A stretch of DNA of 64,000 nucleotides, taken from contig MU058836.1 in NCBI GenBank assembly GCA_013265495.1, positions 310,001-374,000 of the forward strand, written 5' to 3'. Shown piece by piece: positions 25,845 to 39,562 of this stretch. The position numbers and the translations under genes were made by a program. Numbering within the stretch: the stretch's first letter is position 1; each line of letters opens with the position of its first letter. Origin of the DNA: Vicugna vicugna. Lineage: Eukaryota. Under the pieces are notes generated by a model. It made no database searches. It worked only from the letters and a program-made list of their open reading frames with translations, and was not told where the DNA came from.

Positions 25845-26722
25845 GTTTTTGACATGCAAAAAGCTGCACGTAATTAAAGGATACAACTTAATGAATCTGG
25901 AGATAAGTTTGGTTTGGTGAAACTATTACCACAATCTATGCCTTACACCTCTCCATCACTTCCAAACTTCCTCCTGCCCTCTTATTTATTATTATTATCC
26001 TGTTTATGTTTATTGTTATTTTATGATAAGAACACCTAACATAAGACCTACACTTTTAGCAAATTTTTAAGTGCACAATACAGTATTGTAAATGCTGCGC
26101 TGCACAGTAGATCAAAGACTTGCTCATCTTGTAGAATCAAAACTTTGTACCCTTGGACCAACACCTCGTGGTTTCCCCCTTCTCCCAGCCTCTGGCAACT
26201 GTATTCCACTCTCTGCTTCTATGAGTTCGACTATTTTAGATTTATCATGTAAGTGGTAGTGCATAGGATTTGTCCTTCTGTGTCTGGCTTATTTCACTTA
26301 GCATAATATTGTACAGGTCCATCCATGTTATTGCAAATGGCAGGATTTCCTTCTTATTTAAGGCTGAATAATATTCCTCTGTGTGTGTGTGTGTGTGTGT
26401 ATCACATTTTCTTCATTCATCTATCAGTAGACATTTAGGTTGTTTCCATGTCTTAACTATTATGAACAGTGCTACAATGGATGTGGAAGTGAAGATATTT
26501 CTTCAAGATCCTGATTTCAATCCCTTTGGATGTACACTCAGAAGTGGGATTGCTAGATCATATAGTAGTTCTATTTTCAGTTTTTCGAGGACATTTCTAT
26601 TGTGTTTTATAGTAGCTGCACCAGTTACATTTCCACCAATGGTGTACAACATTTCTCCACATTCTCACCAACATTTATCACATTTGGGGTTTTTGATAAA
26701 AGCCACCCTGACAGGTGTGAAG
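25845..26722 (-). mobile_element. L1M 3' fragment with internal (TG)n
   Basis: GGCTTATTTCACTTAGCATAAT...GGCTGAATAATATTCC...GAAGTGGGATTGCTAGATCATAT L1 ORF2-end/3'UTR motifs. Confidence 0.9.
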
Positions 26723-27147
26723 GAAGTGATTATCCTTTTCTGATGACCAAGGTTCCACTCAGTATTCTCTGTTGAATTGTGTGGATGGCCACCTCGAGAA
26801 ACGAGGAATTACACATCTTTGTAGCTCATGTGAAATTCCATTTTTGAGAATAAAAATCCTAAAGACCACAACAACGCTTTGTTCTTCAATTTTACCTGCT
26901 GAAAAGATTACAGAAACTATAAAGTGGCTATGCCCAAGAAAAAGATGAGTGCCAAGTATATGAACAATATATCAAGACATCTCTTTTGCCTCAAATAAGT
27001 CTCTTTGACTTTTTTGATAGGAATAAGGGTAAAAATTGGTAGAAATTAGCTGAAGGCAAGGGGTAAAAGCTCTTAAAGAAGTAGAAAAATTGAATACCTA
27101 GTACTACCTATAGGATTTTTTTGTGATGATACAAATCTTCTATGTCT

Positions 27148-27316
27148 GTACTGTCCAATCAATATGGTGGCCATAGCCACATGTGGCTATTAAGCACTTA
27201 AAATGTGGCTAATCCAACTGAAGGAAAACTGAATTTTAAAAATTTTCTTTAATTCTAATGAACTGACATTAAAATAGGCACATGTGGCTAATAGCTCCCA
27301 CACTGGACAGTGCTAA
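27148..27316 (+). mobile_element. hAT-Charlie MITE (MER3-like)
   Basis: CTGTCCAAT...GCCACATGTGGCTATTAAGCACTTAAAATGTGGCT...CACATGTGGCTA...TGGACAGTGCT, with terminal inverted repeats. Confidence 0.85.
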
Positions 27317-28852
27317 CCTAGATCATCATCTTAGAAGGATGAAGAGAAAACAGTAAAATAATGAGGTGGAAAGAAGAGGATAAAAAAGAAAAAAAAATGA
27401 CTAAGGTTGAGAAAGTGATGTGAATGGCTAACAAAGTTGGTCAATAGAAAGAAAGAGTGAACAAGACCATCTGGGAGATCTGTTTTTATTTAGGAGATGT
27501 GTTGCTAGGAGATATATCAGCCTAAGTCCAGAGTTAAAATAGCTTAGCTAGGAGAGGTTAGATTGGCAAGAGTCCTTGTCAGGAAATATCAACCAGTTTC
27601 TACAATCTGGAAGAATGTTGAGCTAAGAGCGCCTTCTATGTTCAACTTCCAGGCTCCTAAATAAAGCCATGTGCAGTGTCTGTTTCAGTTTAGATTAGGC
27701 CAAGAACTATCCCTAAAGTCACATTATTTGATGCTACTTCTCAAGAACTGATAGTTCCTATTAGTTGAAAGATAGCTCTGACCAGTTCAGTCTTGAACCC
27801 CAGAAAATAACATTTAGAAAATGACACTTATACTTGAGTGCATTTCATTGATTTACCAAATGTGTAAATGTCTGTAGCACCTCGTCCACCAACCCAAAAG
27901 AGCAGATGACTTTGCTTCTCATTGATGAAATGAGAAACTCTCCATATGGCCCATACGTCCAAACATAGACCAAACAATCCAGCTCACCTTGTTCCTGTTC
28001 AGTGAGAGACATTTTCTGAACCCTGGGAGAGTCTCCCAATGGAGTCCATTGAGGTCACTGAGAATATCAAGGGTGGGGAAGTTCCTGCAGAAGAACAAGA
28101 AGAAACATGCTTTCTTTTTTCTTTAAACATAGGAAGCTACTCCCAGGTCAAGTCATTTGCATTGTTTGTTTTATGCCTTCCCCTTGAGTAGGCTATGCCC
28201 ATCTATCACGTTCATATGTTACACAAAAAAGCTGCCAGGTGGAGGAAAAATGACTTGTATCTTCATAGAGTTAAACTGCTTAGGAAAACTTTCTAAGCTC
28301 TTATCCTCTTGATCACCAGATCAACCTTATTTTGCAGAAGACACAACTGAGACTCCCAAGAGATGGTAGCCTGCACAAAGTCACCCAGCTGGCGAGTGGG
28401 AGGGACCGGGTGCCCAGGTTTCCTTAAGCCAAAGCCTATATGAAACCACCTAATCCAGAGTCTGACTCTCGGTCATAGGAATTACTTCCTGGCTTTCTCA
28501 AGAACACTCACACAACAAAGTCCATTCTTCTCAGGCCCAAAGAGAGTTTCCAGGCTACAACACCTAACAGTCACTGGCAGGTAAGCAAAGAGGCACCAAG
28601 GCATTAATATACTCACTGTTGATTCCACTATCACGTGAGACACAACTCTGGCAAATTTTGCTGAGGGGTGAGATGAGGGGTTTAGGCAGACAGCAATCTT
28701 TTAAGTAAAGGAAAGAAGAAAAGTACAAGAAATATTACAAGTCAGAAATTTGAGTTGCTCATTTTCGGTCTGAGTTAGTGACTGGTTGATGAGATGTTCC
28801 AAACAATGAGCTAAGAGTTTTAAAAATTGTTTTTTTTTTAAAAAATGTGATT

Positions 28853-29216
28853 TTGTAGTGGCTGCAGTTGACTCTCCAGCATTTATTTGTTCTGAGATGA
28901 TTGGTCTGTGCCAGTCATAATTCCATCCTTGCTACCAGTCATTACTTTGGGAATAAGCTACCAACCCAGTGGTCCCCAGATAAAATTTCCCTTGCTACTC
29001 AACCAGAGACACTAGAATATGTGGTTTCCATCTCCTCTCAGAAGGTAGTAACCCCTGAAGATGATAATGCAAAAATATGGAAAGAATGTGACTGAGTCAC
29101 TGAATCTCACAGGCTGGAAGCAACTATGCCTTTGAACTTACTGCAATGTGAAATAACCAAGTATCTCACTGTCAGAATGTCTGTTACTTGTAGCCAAAAT
29201 TATTCTAACTGATACA
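28853..29216 (+). mobile_element. MaLR LTR (old MLT1)
   Basis: TGTAGTGG start and CTGTTACTTGTAGCCAAAATTATTCTAACTGATACA end. Confidence 0.7.
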
Positions 29217-29219
29217 GTC

Positions 29220-29340
29220 TATTAGCCCCATTTAAAGACACAAAAACTGAGGCTCAGAGATATTAAGCAATCAAATCACACAAGTAATAAGTAGCCAAGT
29301 TGGGATTTGAGCACATAGCCATCTGATTTCAAAGACCTTG
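29220..29340 (-). mobile_element. MIR SINE
   Basis: CCCCATTT...AAACTGAGGCTCAGAGA...GGGATTTGAGC. Confidence 0.7.
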
Positions 29341-31539
29341 GACACAAAACCACCTGGACTCATTTGCTTAAGTTTCCAAAAATTTTTGGTCACTGACAAT
29401 CACTTTTACCAAAAAAAAAACTCTACTTCACATTAGAAAAGTGACATACTTAACAGTTACCAATAAATTACCTGACCAATTACCTTTTTAGATCTACCAG
29501 TCCTGCTTTTTATGTATTACTCTGGTTTTTTTCATCCAAATATAGATGCACACCCTCAAGAAACCCAACATTGAGTACAGTGGTGCCCAATTGTTTTTGC
29601 ATTTGTGGTATACTTTCAAATACTAGAAATGTGGGTGTTCATTTGAAGGGTTTAAGTTTCCTTCATCAATCACAAAGCACTGTCTTTTGGCGTAGAACAG
29701 TGGACTGGCTTCACATAAATTTCTGATTTTTATTTATTCCTGAACTTCGGTTGACAATTCTTAACTTTCCTTGTGGCAAATAACACCCTGCTTTATACCA
29801 CATTGCACAACTTGCTTGGTTCATCATACCTTCTGACAGAAGTCACTGTAATATATGTGTGTACTCAGTTGTAACAAAAATAAACCTCAAGCTTGGACCT
29901 GATGTTGGTATAACACGAGAGGAAGATTCATGGTGTATCTGTCAACCTTGACACAACCGTCCAAGAATCAGTGATCTGTTTAAAGAGAACAGATTCATAA
30001 ACAACTAATTACAATATAGTCTAAAGAGAATTCAAAAAAGGGGGTCAATGTAGAGAATGGAACGATTCATTCTTTCTGTGAGGTTACCTGAGAATTTTGC
30101 ACAGAGGTGCAAAATTTTGAGCTGGACCTTGAAAAAATGAGTAGAGTTATGCCTACCTGAGAAGGCAATTTGGGAAGAAAAGGGAGGAGGGAGTAACCTG
30201 GGCAAAGTCATGGTGACATGACACTTCCTACTGTAGTCACAGAAGAGGGTGTTGACCAGTGAAACTGGACATTGCTTGTACCAGGACAGCGTGTCAGTCA
30301 GTTCATGACCAACAATGAGAAGAGAGCTTTGTAAGGATATCTATGAACTTTAAGATAGAAATAATCATTATTATTACTCCTAGGCATGTAGTACATCCCA
30401 CACTGTAGAAGAAATTTTACGTATGTCATATAAGTTGGCATTTACAGTGACTCTTACTGTCATTGAAATAAACAACCTAACCCACAAATCATCTCATCTA
30501 TCCCAACTGGAAATACCATGCCCCTCACCATGCATGGCTGGGAAGGAATGCTACGTATGCCACGTCTCAGTTCTAGTGCCACCACTCGGCCTCACTTCTG
30601 CAGTTAAAGAAGCTTCCAGCCTTAGGATCTGGCTCCCATTTATCATGGGTAAAGGGTCCAATTCTTACAATTCGCAGCTAAAGTTCCCCTTTCACCAGTG
30701 GTAATAGAATCGGACTCTTTCCATGGGACTTGTCTTCTTGGGGAATGGGCTTTATCTTGTGTAGATGTCAGCTTTGAAAACCTCGGAGGACTTCATTCAT
30801 CCCTGCATGATACTTTCAGTCACTTAAGGAATAGGCAGAAATGTATCGATCACATCTATGCCAAGCTTTGTGTGACGTGCTAGGAAGAATGACAAACTAA
30901 AAGGAAGTTTACTCTTTCTGCTCTCAACAAGCTTGCAGCCCATTAAGGGAAACATGAATAACAGAAAAGGCCAAATATGTAAGTCAGGGGAATATACAAC
31001 TAAATCGTACATGGTGAGGTGGCCACTCTGATGCACTAAAGGAGGATAAAAACCCATGGGCTAGTCGTCTAGTGGAAAACATACTGAAGTCAGAACCTAA
31101 GTTCAAGTCCTGGCAGCACTACTTTCTAGTTGAGTGACCTTGGGCAACCTGTCTGAGCCTTTGAACTAGATGGCTTTGTCCTCTTCCTGCCATAAAACTC
31201 TATAACTCTCCATGACTCATCCTGAGTTACAATGAAGGTGAAATAAACATTGTATAAGTAGAGACGAACAAAAGGGCATTCAAGATAGGAACAATGTGAG
31301 CCAGGAGAGCGATGGATTGTGTATGGCAGGGAAGACCCTAAGGCAATGACAGCAGTGCCTTCTGAATTGAGAGTGAACAAAAATAGACTATTGTCAGACC
31401 AGGGCTCCCATTTGCTCTCCTCTGCCAACCCAGGGCCCTCCCTTAGTACTATCAGATCCAGATATCAGAGCCCAGCCATACCTAGACAGCCATCCAGATG
31501 GGCAAAAGGCAGAGTTCAGAAGGGCTCTGTTCTGAGAGC

Positions 31540-32000
31540 TTAAGCTTTGTTAAGAACCATTTTGTTGCATATAGCAGAAACTCATTCAAACTAGTTTAAG
31601 TAGGGAAGGATTTATTGAAATAATACAGGAAGATCCCACAGGATCTAATTAGAGAAGCTAGCAATCAGGCATCACGTGATCTAGAATGTCAACAGGCACC
31701 CACTCATTCCGTCTCACTCTCCGAGTCACATGGTTTCTTTCCCTGCTGTACATCTAGTTCACTTTCCTCTTCTTGCCTACCAGCTCGGTCATTCTTGCCC
31801 CAGCCATAACAGGACCATAGCATGGATTCTGTCTCTAACTCTTCATGAATATAGCATCTCAGTGTCCAACACAACTGGGCTACAGCTTTTGGGACTTGTT
31901 TCACATTTTAAGGAGAGCATCTGATTAATCATTTGCCAGTTGATGAATTCATAAGTTCTCTAAGATGCTTCTAATAATCAGAGGTCAAAAGAATGTGTAG
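31540..32000 (-). mobile_element. MaLR LTR (old MLT1)
   Basis: TTTGTTGCATATAGCAGAAACTCATTCAAACTAGTTTAAG terminus. Confidence 0.6.
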
Positions 32001-32549
32001 TACTTAATCCTGGCTCTTCCAGGGCTATGAGTGGAGTCCATTAAGCCAGAAGGAGAATTTATCCATGGCAAGCCAGTCAAGTATTGTCTTAGCTACCAGC
32101 TATTATTATAACTTAGACATCTTCTGGGTTAAAAAAAGATTGTGTGAACTAACCTAATGACCTATCATTTATAATATAGAACATACTTTTTAGAAGAAAA
32201 CATGCTTCAAGTTCCAAATGGCAACAAACATTTTGGGAAGATGTATTTTTAAATCAGGGGCTATCTCCGTACAATGACTACCAACTAAACATAGCATGTG
32301 AAATGAAGGCATTGGCCAGACTGAGTCTCAGCTTGACTCCACAAAGACATTCCTTCATACCACAAAATCTCTAACACTCTTGAGCACAAACCTGTGCTTT
32401 CACGTGATGGACAAAGTCCAATCACTTGGAAAAGAATTCACTTTTGGAATGGTAGATGAGTGGCTGAGAAGGTAAGGTGGCCAGCCTTCCTCCAAGACAT
32501 GAGTGAGAGCTTCAAAAGAGGGAAACTAACCTTTATATGCCAAAAACAG

Positions 32550-32990
32550 TACCAAGGGCTGGACAGGAATTTTTCTTATTTAATCTCGTAAAATCCTAAG
32601 GGGAGGCTCTTGTTAACCCCGCTCTCCAGACAAAGGAATTGAGACTCGGTGAGGACAACTAACTTGTACAAAGTCACAAAAGTTGTGTAGAGCCCACACT
32701 CAAAGTGGATTCCATCTGACTTCAAAAGACACGCTCACTCGTTTCCCCCCCTTACTCGGTCGCCATAGCGGTGATGGACACGGACTCGGACACTGAACGG
32801 CCAGATTGCTCCCCAGCTCCATCCATCCCTGACCGGTCTTACGATAGGGGGCAAGTGAACCTCTGCCTCAGGTTTCTCTGTAAAACGAGAGTTATTTAGA
32901 ATCTATTCCAAAAAGCTGTTAGAAGGATTAAGTGAGTTGAAATATGTGAAGTGCTTAGAAAAATTCCTACCACATTTTAAGCACTGCACC
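32550..32990. mobile_element. Two MIRs in opposite orientation
   Basis: TTGAGACTCGGTGAGG...ACTTG (minus) and GGCAAGTGAACCTCTGCCTCAGGTTTCTCTGTAAAACG...GGATTAAGTGAG (plus). Confidence 0.65.
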
Positions 32991-33174
32991 ATTCTCTTTG
33001 GTATCTCCAATTGGGATTCCTGGGCTTGAGAAGTACCAGCACCTTAGATATGCTCTCAAGGTCCAGAAATCTTCAGTTGAACTGAATCAAGGTCTCCTTG
33101 CTCACCCTATTTGCTCCAATAATGAGATCTGGAGCAATCCTATTCTGTGGCTCCTTCAGCATGCAATCTTTTCT

Positions 33175-33340
33175 GTTGTTGTTTTTTTTTGGGGGGTGGG
33201 AGGGCTGCTTTGTAGGGGAGGAGATTAGGTTTTATTTTATTTTATTTATTTATTTTAATGAAGACACTGGGGATTGAGCCCAGGACCTCGTGCATGCTAA
33301 GAACACGCTCTACCACTGAGCTGTGTCCTCCGCACCCCCC
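33175..33340 (-). mobile_element. tRNA-derived SINE (camelid Vic-1-like)
   Basis: Reverse complement of GCTCAGTGGTAGAGCGTGTTCTTAGCATGCACGAGGTCCTGGGCTCAATCCCCAG plus the AAATAAA...CCTAAT tail. Confidence 0.9.
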
Positions 33341-36300
33341 ACCCCCAGCATGCAGAGTTTTACAAAACTCAGATGATCGGCTTGCCTTTTCTTCAGTCTC
33401 TGTGGATGAGCAAATCTGAGAAAGAAATTGGTAGCCAATGAGGTACATATATGCAGAAAAGCAAAAGATGCATCAAAGCTATTGTTATTATCCCAGCTTT
33501 GAAGGCTGTGATCCTGAGCAGATGATTAATGCTCTGAACAGGGAAAAAGCATTTGCCTAGATCTGGTGATGCGCACACAACAGTATTTGCAAACTAGAAA
33601 ATGCGCTCTAAATGTTGAAGGAATGTAAGGAAATCCAGGAGTATCCACCTACCCAAGGAAAACCAGCCGAATGTCTGTCAGCACAGACATTTTAGCCTGA
33701 GAGTGGACCTAGCACTGAAGAAGAAGGAGGAATAAAATACACTATCAGAGGGATCTTCAGTGCGGGCCCTCAGGGGATAAACGAGGTAATCTAATAGGTG
33801 TTTTTCCATCTTTGAATTCTATGACTAGAATAGCAATGAAGGTTTTAGCTGAGAATTGGGATGCTACAGCCAACTGAGGCGGTCTGCAGAAAGAAGCTTT
33901 TATATTACCTGCCCTTACCATGTCTGGCTTAAACTAGTGCTGACTGATTCCTGTTTTCGTAAGGGCTCTCCCACCTTCACGGCGTTTTTACACACTACGT
34001 GCAATCCTCGGGCACACGGGCAAACAATTAGAGCTACAGATACACGAGCGTTTCTGTGCAGATAGATTTTGAAAGGTAATGTTCATCCCTCATGCCGTGG
34101 CTCTGTGATTTACATTCAATACATAGTGAACCAAAAGCAGATTTCTTTGAAAAGGGAAAGAAGAAAACCCAAAAAACAGTAGCTGATGTGGTTTGGAATT
34201 TATGGGTCAAATATTAATTCCCTGAATACTTCAGTAAATGTCGATTATACCTGTAACTTGCAACGTTTATCAAAAATGATAATGTATGTTGGGGGAAGAG
34301 GCCTGTCGGGAGAGAAAACTACAACTTCCTTCAGACTTCTTTATCAATATCACTTGGTCTATCTGTTAAAATTATTATGATTATGCCTTTAAAGGGAAAA
34401 ACACGCTCGTACTGATCGCATTAATTTTCTTATGGTGGTCATGAGTTTGAATTACAACGTAAAAATATTGAAACTAAATAATGACTAACGCTCTTGCAAA
34501 GGTTATTAAGAACAGAAGATTTCTCCAGATGGTCTAGAAATTAGGCCAGTTAAATCATAGTTAAATAACATATGGGTCAAATTCTATGATCTTAAGTTCA
34601 GTAAAGGCAGATTTTTTTGTTATATGACTTTTTATGATATTACATGAATAGAGTAAATATGAAATTAAATGAACAGATCTTACGATGTAAAATGAATAGA
34701 TTATTACCTAGGGCTTTCTTATCGTTTGCAAACAGGTGTTTGTTGAAATGGAATCTGACTCACATAAGCAAATTTATCTTTATGGATGTGAATGTGATGT
34801 GGCAGAAACCCTTTCAAAGTTCTGTGTCACATGTTCTTTCCATTACTAAACACTTTCAAGGATATATTCTAAGTGCACGTAAAAGTTATTTCCATGGAAT
34901 CAGACATTAAATTCCAGAAAAATCGCAAAGTAAGTTATTATAAAATACTGACTCAAACTATTACATTGAAAGCTACTCATTGTAAAATACATGGGTGCCT
35001 GGAAAAATACCTGAATAACTATTTCAGCATTTAATTCCCTCCGATTAGAATCCTTCAGCTGCAGGAGATGATGATTGCATATTCAGCCTTTTCATTTTTC
35101 CTTCTCCCTTTGTAGTCCAGGGACACTAAACATAACTTTCTTGCTTAGAGTCTCCCACGTTGGATTTTCCCCCAAGGTGCTTGAGTTTACCAAAGAAAAG
35201 TCCCAGGGCCCTCTTATGTGCAGACTCTCACTGTACAGTTTAGGACCAGACAGCATCCTCTCCTGTTCGTGCCAGCCAGATGCTGTGTTTAGTGTTTGTG
35301 CAACCCTCATTCATTCGTATATTCTTTTTTCAACTAATAGTTACTCATTGTGCCAGACACTGGTCTGAGTGTTTCATGTGGCTAAAGACAGAATAACAGT
35401 CAAGTAAGGAACAGGGAAGAAATCCTTCATTCTTAAAGCAAGGCTCTGATTATACAGTACTTCCTTTGTTAACAATAATTGCTTGTTACCTTACGACGCG
35501 ATCCTTTAATTAGAAATGCCAATACAGGAAGATGTCAACTAGGTCTTGCACCTATTATCAAATGCAAGAGATGTCAAAAATCACAAGAAGTTGTAGAAAT
35601 GCACGCTCATAACGATAATGATAATAATCACATTATAACAATAGTAACATCTACCGTTTATTAGTGCTTAGTGTGTGCTTGACACCATGACAAACACTTT
35701 CCGTTTCACGACTCGACAGTCAATTCTCTTAGGGCAGGAACCATGTTTTGTTCACGGCTACATCTCCACTGTCATGCCAATTGTAAATATTCAAAAAGTA
35801 CTTTTGTCAAAAGGAGTGAATAGATGAATGAATGAATCTATTTTCTCATTAAATGCCTGAGCGATAGGTATTGTTACCTATCTTCACAGATGAGTAAACT
35901 TAGGTACTCACGAGACAGATGCAGTACAGAGCAAAACTAGGATTTCAGTCCTGTTCTGATTGACTCTTAAGACCCATGGTTATAACTACTCTGCAGCATG
36001 TCTCCTGGGGTTGTGGGTCCTAAGTCTCACTTTCTCATTAAATGAAACATTCTCTTGATTAAAATAAGCATGTAAGTCTCTTTCATTTGATAAATCATTT
36101 TGATCACCTCCTATGGTTCTCAGTTTTCATCCCGTCTCCCTATAAACACGAATTCAGACTTTATTCAGAACACCTATAATTAACTCTCAAAACAAATTGT
36201 GTCTTGAAACAAGCCTTTTCCCTCCCACCCGCCGGAGTCAATGTTTGCATTACCAAAAGGAAGGCAGCTTCTCAGGAGTGCACGTGTGGTCTCAGTAGTC

Positions 36301-36399
36301 CAAATCACTCTTCTTTGTATTGAAACCCAGTGTGGTGAACGCAACTCGTCAGGTTCTTTGGTGCAATGGGTAGCACATTGGACTTCTGTAAACAGCCTT

Positions 36400-36669
36400 A
36401 TGCTTACCAGGAGAAAGCGGGTGGGAAGGGATAGATGTGGGAGTTTGAGATTGGCAACTGTTAACCACTGTATGTAAAAATAGATTAAAAAAAACAAATT
36501 TGTTCTGTATAGCACAGGGAACTATATTTAATACCTTGTAATAACCTTTCATGAAAAAGAATATGAAAATGAATATATGTATGTATAGCATGACTGGGGT
36601 AGTATGCTGTACACCAGAAACTGACACATTGTAACTGACTATACTTCAATCAAAAAAAAAAAAAAAAAG
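36400..36669 (+). mobile_element. Young L1 3' fragment
   Basis: TGTATAGCACAGGGAACTATATT...TGTAACTGACTATACTTCAATC followed by a long pure poly(A). Confidence 0.9.
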
Positions 36670-37414
36670 AAACTCAAAACACTGGGTGAGGCCAACCTGG
36701 CCTCAAGCCCTCCTCATTCCACTGCTTTACCAGCTGTGTGACCTTAATAGTTTGACCACGCAAGCCCAGATCTTCACGTGTAAATGGAAACAATTGGAGG
36801 AAATAATGATACAATATCTGCAGAGATCCTAATCCAGTGTGCCATGTGAGAGGCTCAATAAATATCAGATTCCTTCCGAGAACATGTTACAAGGATGCGA
36901 ACGACTGGAACAAACAGAAGCAGGTAGAAAACACCAGTGTGTGGTGGTTATGCCCCTTCTGGAGAACACCACCAAGGAGGCAGGCAGGAGGGTCAGCCTG
37001 AGCATCCCCGGAGCAGCCCCTGCTGCTGGCCCTGGTTTACAGATAGGTCAAATGCATGCTCTTCTCCAGGAAAGACGCTCAGAGGGATGGTCCTCAGGAT
37101 GCAGTGTGGAAAGGGAGGACGGCCCCCTGACACGGAACCTGAGCTTTACTCTTTCTGAGAGGTCAGTGTCATCTCAGGTAGGGGAGTAGGAGCTGGTGGA
37201 GGGTCGAAGGTGTGGGACCAGACGAGCTCTGAGATTCAATCCAGCAATTGTTTATTATGATTCTAACCACTGATCAACTTGCAAAAGTAATTTAAATGAT
37301 TTTAAATGGCCTGCAAGTGCATCAAGTCAGAACATCATGGTGGGGAGGAAAAAAGAGGGGAAGAGAGGATCTTCACATTACCCAGAGTGCAGAACCTCTG
37401 ATGCTGGTGAAATT

Positions 37415-37554
37415 ATTTTATTTGGGTTTTTTTTGGGGGGGGTAATTAGGTTTATTTATTTATTTTATCTATTTTTAATGGAGGTGCTGAAGATTGAACC
37501 CAGGACCTCATGCATGCTAAGCACGTGCTCTACCACTGAGCTCTACCCTCCCCC
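37415..37554 (-). mobile_element. tRNA-derived SINE (camelid Vic-1-like)
   Basis: Same family consensus on the minus strand. Confidence 0.9.
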
Positions 37555-38084
37555 GAAGTTGTTTTAAATGGAACCAGGAAGCATAGCCAAGCAGACTGCA
37601 GAAAGGACGCTATCCTCTCCCTCTCCCCAGCACCCCAAGAAGGCGTTCTGTGCTCACTGAGTCTTTCTAAATATATGGGAGTGCAGCCTCAGATAGAACA
37701 TTCTAAAAGCATATGAGAAAAATAACCTATCAAATTTCACATTGAAAAGAGAAGACTCAGCTCTCTAGCCGGGCACAGAACATCAACAGTGTCCTGAATA
37801 TCTGATCTGTGCCTTTTACTGGAGAGAGATACAAAAACAAAGAAGAAAAGGTTTCTATCCCCAAATATTTTGTAACCAAGTGGAGGAAGATAGCGACTAA
37901 CAGGGCAGAGCCAACTGATCACTGAACAGAGGGACAAATAAGGTGCTACGGGAAAACACAGATTCCAACTCAGAAACTAGAAGAAATTTCCAAGGAGAAA
38001 GTGTGTTTTGCATTGAGCTTTAAAGAATAAGCAGGATTTATAATGAGGAAGAAAAACATACACACACAAAATAACCTTCCTAGT

Positions 38085-38755
38085 TAAAAAAAAAATGGAC
38101 AAAGGCCAAGAACAAGCAATTTCCTCCAAAATGCAATGTAAATGACCAATTAACATGAAAGAAAGAGCTTAATCTCGCTCGTTCTCAAAAATGCACATGA
38201 AAATAATGCAAAATTATTTTTCATCTATCAGATTGGCAAACATTTCATAAACCGTAACATCCAGTATTGGCACAAATAGGGATATCGTGTGTATATAGTT
38301 TTATGAGAGAGCAACGATATACATCAAGGTACTTAAAGGTATAAAGACAATTTTACCCAGTAAATCCACATCTAATATTCCATTCAAAGGGGAAAAAAAT
38401 AAGAGACACATAAAGACATATAGCAAGGCATCATTTATAAAAATAAATTATTAGAAACCACTTAAGTATGCAATATTATCTATATAATAAAATATGATGC
38501 ATCCATTAAGTATATTTTAGAAGATTATTTAATGAAATTGGACATTTTTCCATATACATTAAGTAAAAAAAAGGGGGTTCTAAATATATACATACATATA
38601 CATAAAATATATATATGCTTTTAAGTAAAGACTAAAAGATATATAAAGATATAATTCTATCTCTGGATTATGGAATTATGTGGTTCGACTTTAGATGTAG
38701 GAACTTCTGTAATAGCCTAAGTTTTTAATCAGAAAAACAATGTTATTCAAAAACA
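38085..38755 (+). mobile_element. Old L1M (L1MC/ME-like) fragment
   Basis: AAAATGGACAAAGG...TCATCTATCAGATTGGCAAA; A-rich and degenerate. Confidence 0.7.
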
Positions 38756-38762
38756 ATTTGAG

Positions 38763-38900
38763 AGGAGGGGGTTATAGCTCAGTGGTAGAGTGCATGCTTA
38801 GCATGCACGAGGTTCTGGGTTCCATCCCCAGTATCACCAGTAAACAAACAAACAAACAAACCTAATTAACCTCCCTCACCAAAAAAAATTAAAAAATTTT
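38763..38900 (+). mobile_element. tRNA-derived SINE (camelid Vic-1-like)
   Basis: GGTTATAGCTCAGTGGTAGAGTGCATGCTTAGCATGCACGAGGTTCTGGGTTCCATCCCCAG with an (AAAC)n CCTAATT tail. Confidence 0.9.
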
Positions 38901-39297
38901 ATACTAAAAAAAATCTGAAAAAATTAAAAAATTATGACAATTTTTAATGAGTTGGATTTAGACAACTGGAGAAGCAAAAATGACATTTGAGGCCAAAGAA
39001 CAATGCGAGTGAAGACAAAAGACTAATGTCACAAGCACTTCTGGGAAAGATGGAGCAGACCCCTGAGAAGGAATGTAGCAATCAGCAAGACCGGAGAAGT
39101 AGCTGGAATTGGATTACTGAAGACTTTGACTGCCATGTTCACGAGTTAGTCCTACAAGTAGTGGAGATCCTCAAACAGAGCGACTCCGTGATCACATGGT
39201 TTGTGGGAAGACTATTTGAATGACAAGATGGAGATAGAGGAAGGATCAAAGGGTGAAAACTAGAAGCAGAGAGATTATTTCTATATATTCTAACCTG

Positions 39298-39562
39298 GCA
39301 GTGGCTCCCAAACTTTTGAGACCATGACCCACACAGTAAGAAACACGATTCACACTGTGACCCAGTGCACGCATACACACATACACAACTATCCTTAAAT
39401 GTAACTGAAACAGAGGTTTCATGTAAAAGTCATAGCCTTACCTTGTGAAATCTACTCTATTTTCTATTCTGTTGTGTCATTTCTTTCCACTCAGTAACAT
39501 TACACTTTATATTTTTAAAATGCTGGTCACAACCCACAAAAATGATCCCATGACTTATAATG
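39298..39562 (+). mobile_element. hAT-Charlie non-autonomous element
   Basis: Starts CAGTGGCTCCCAAACTTT...CATGACCCAC and has a later GGTCACAACCCAC repeat. Confidence 0.65.

Noticed and set aside
26381..26743. 120-aa ORF
   Set aside because: Antisense frame of an L1 fragment that starts in a (TG)n repeat.
38763..38835. tRNA-like A/B boxes here and at eight other sites
   Set aside because: They are dispersed SINE copies with tails, TSDs and broken stems, not tRNA genes.
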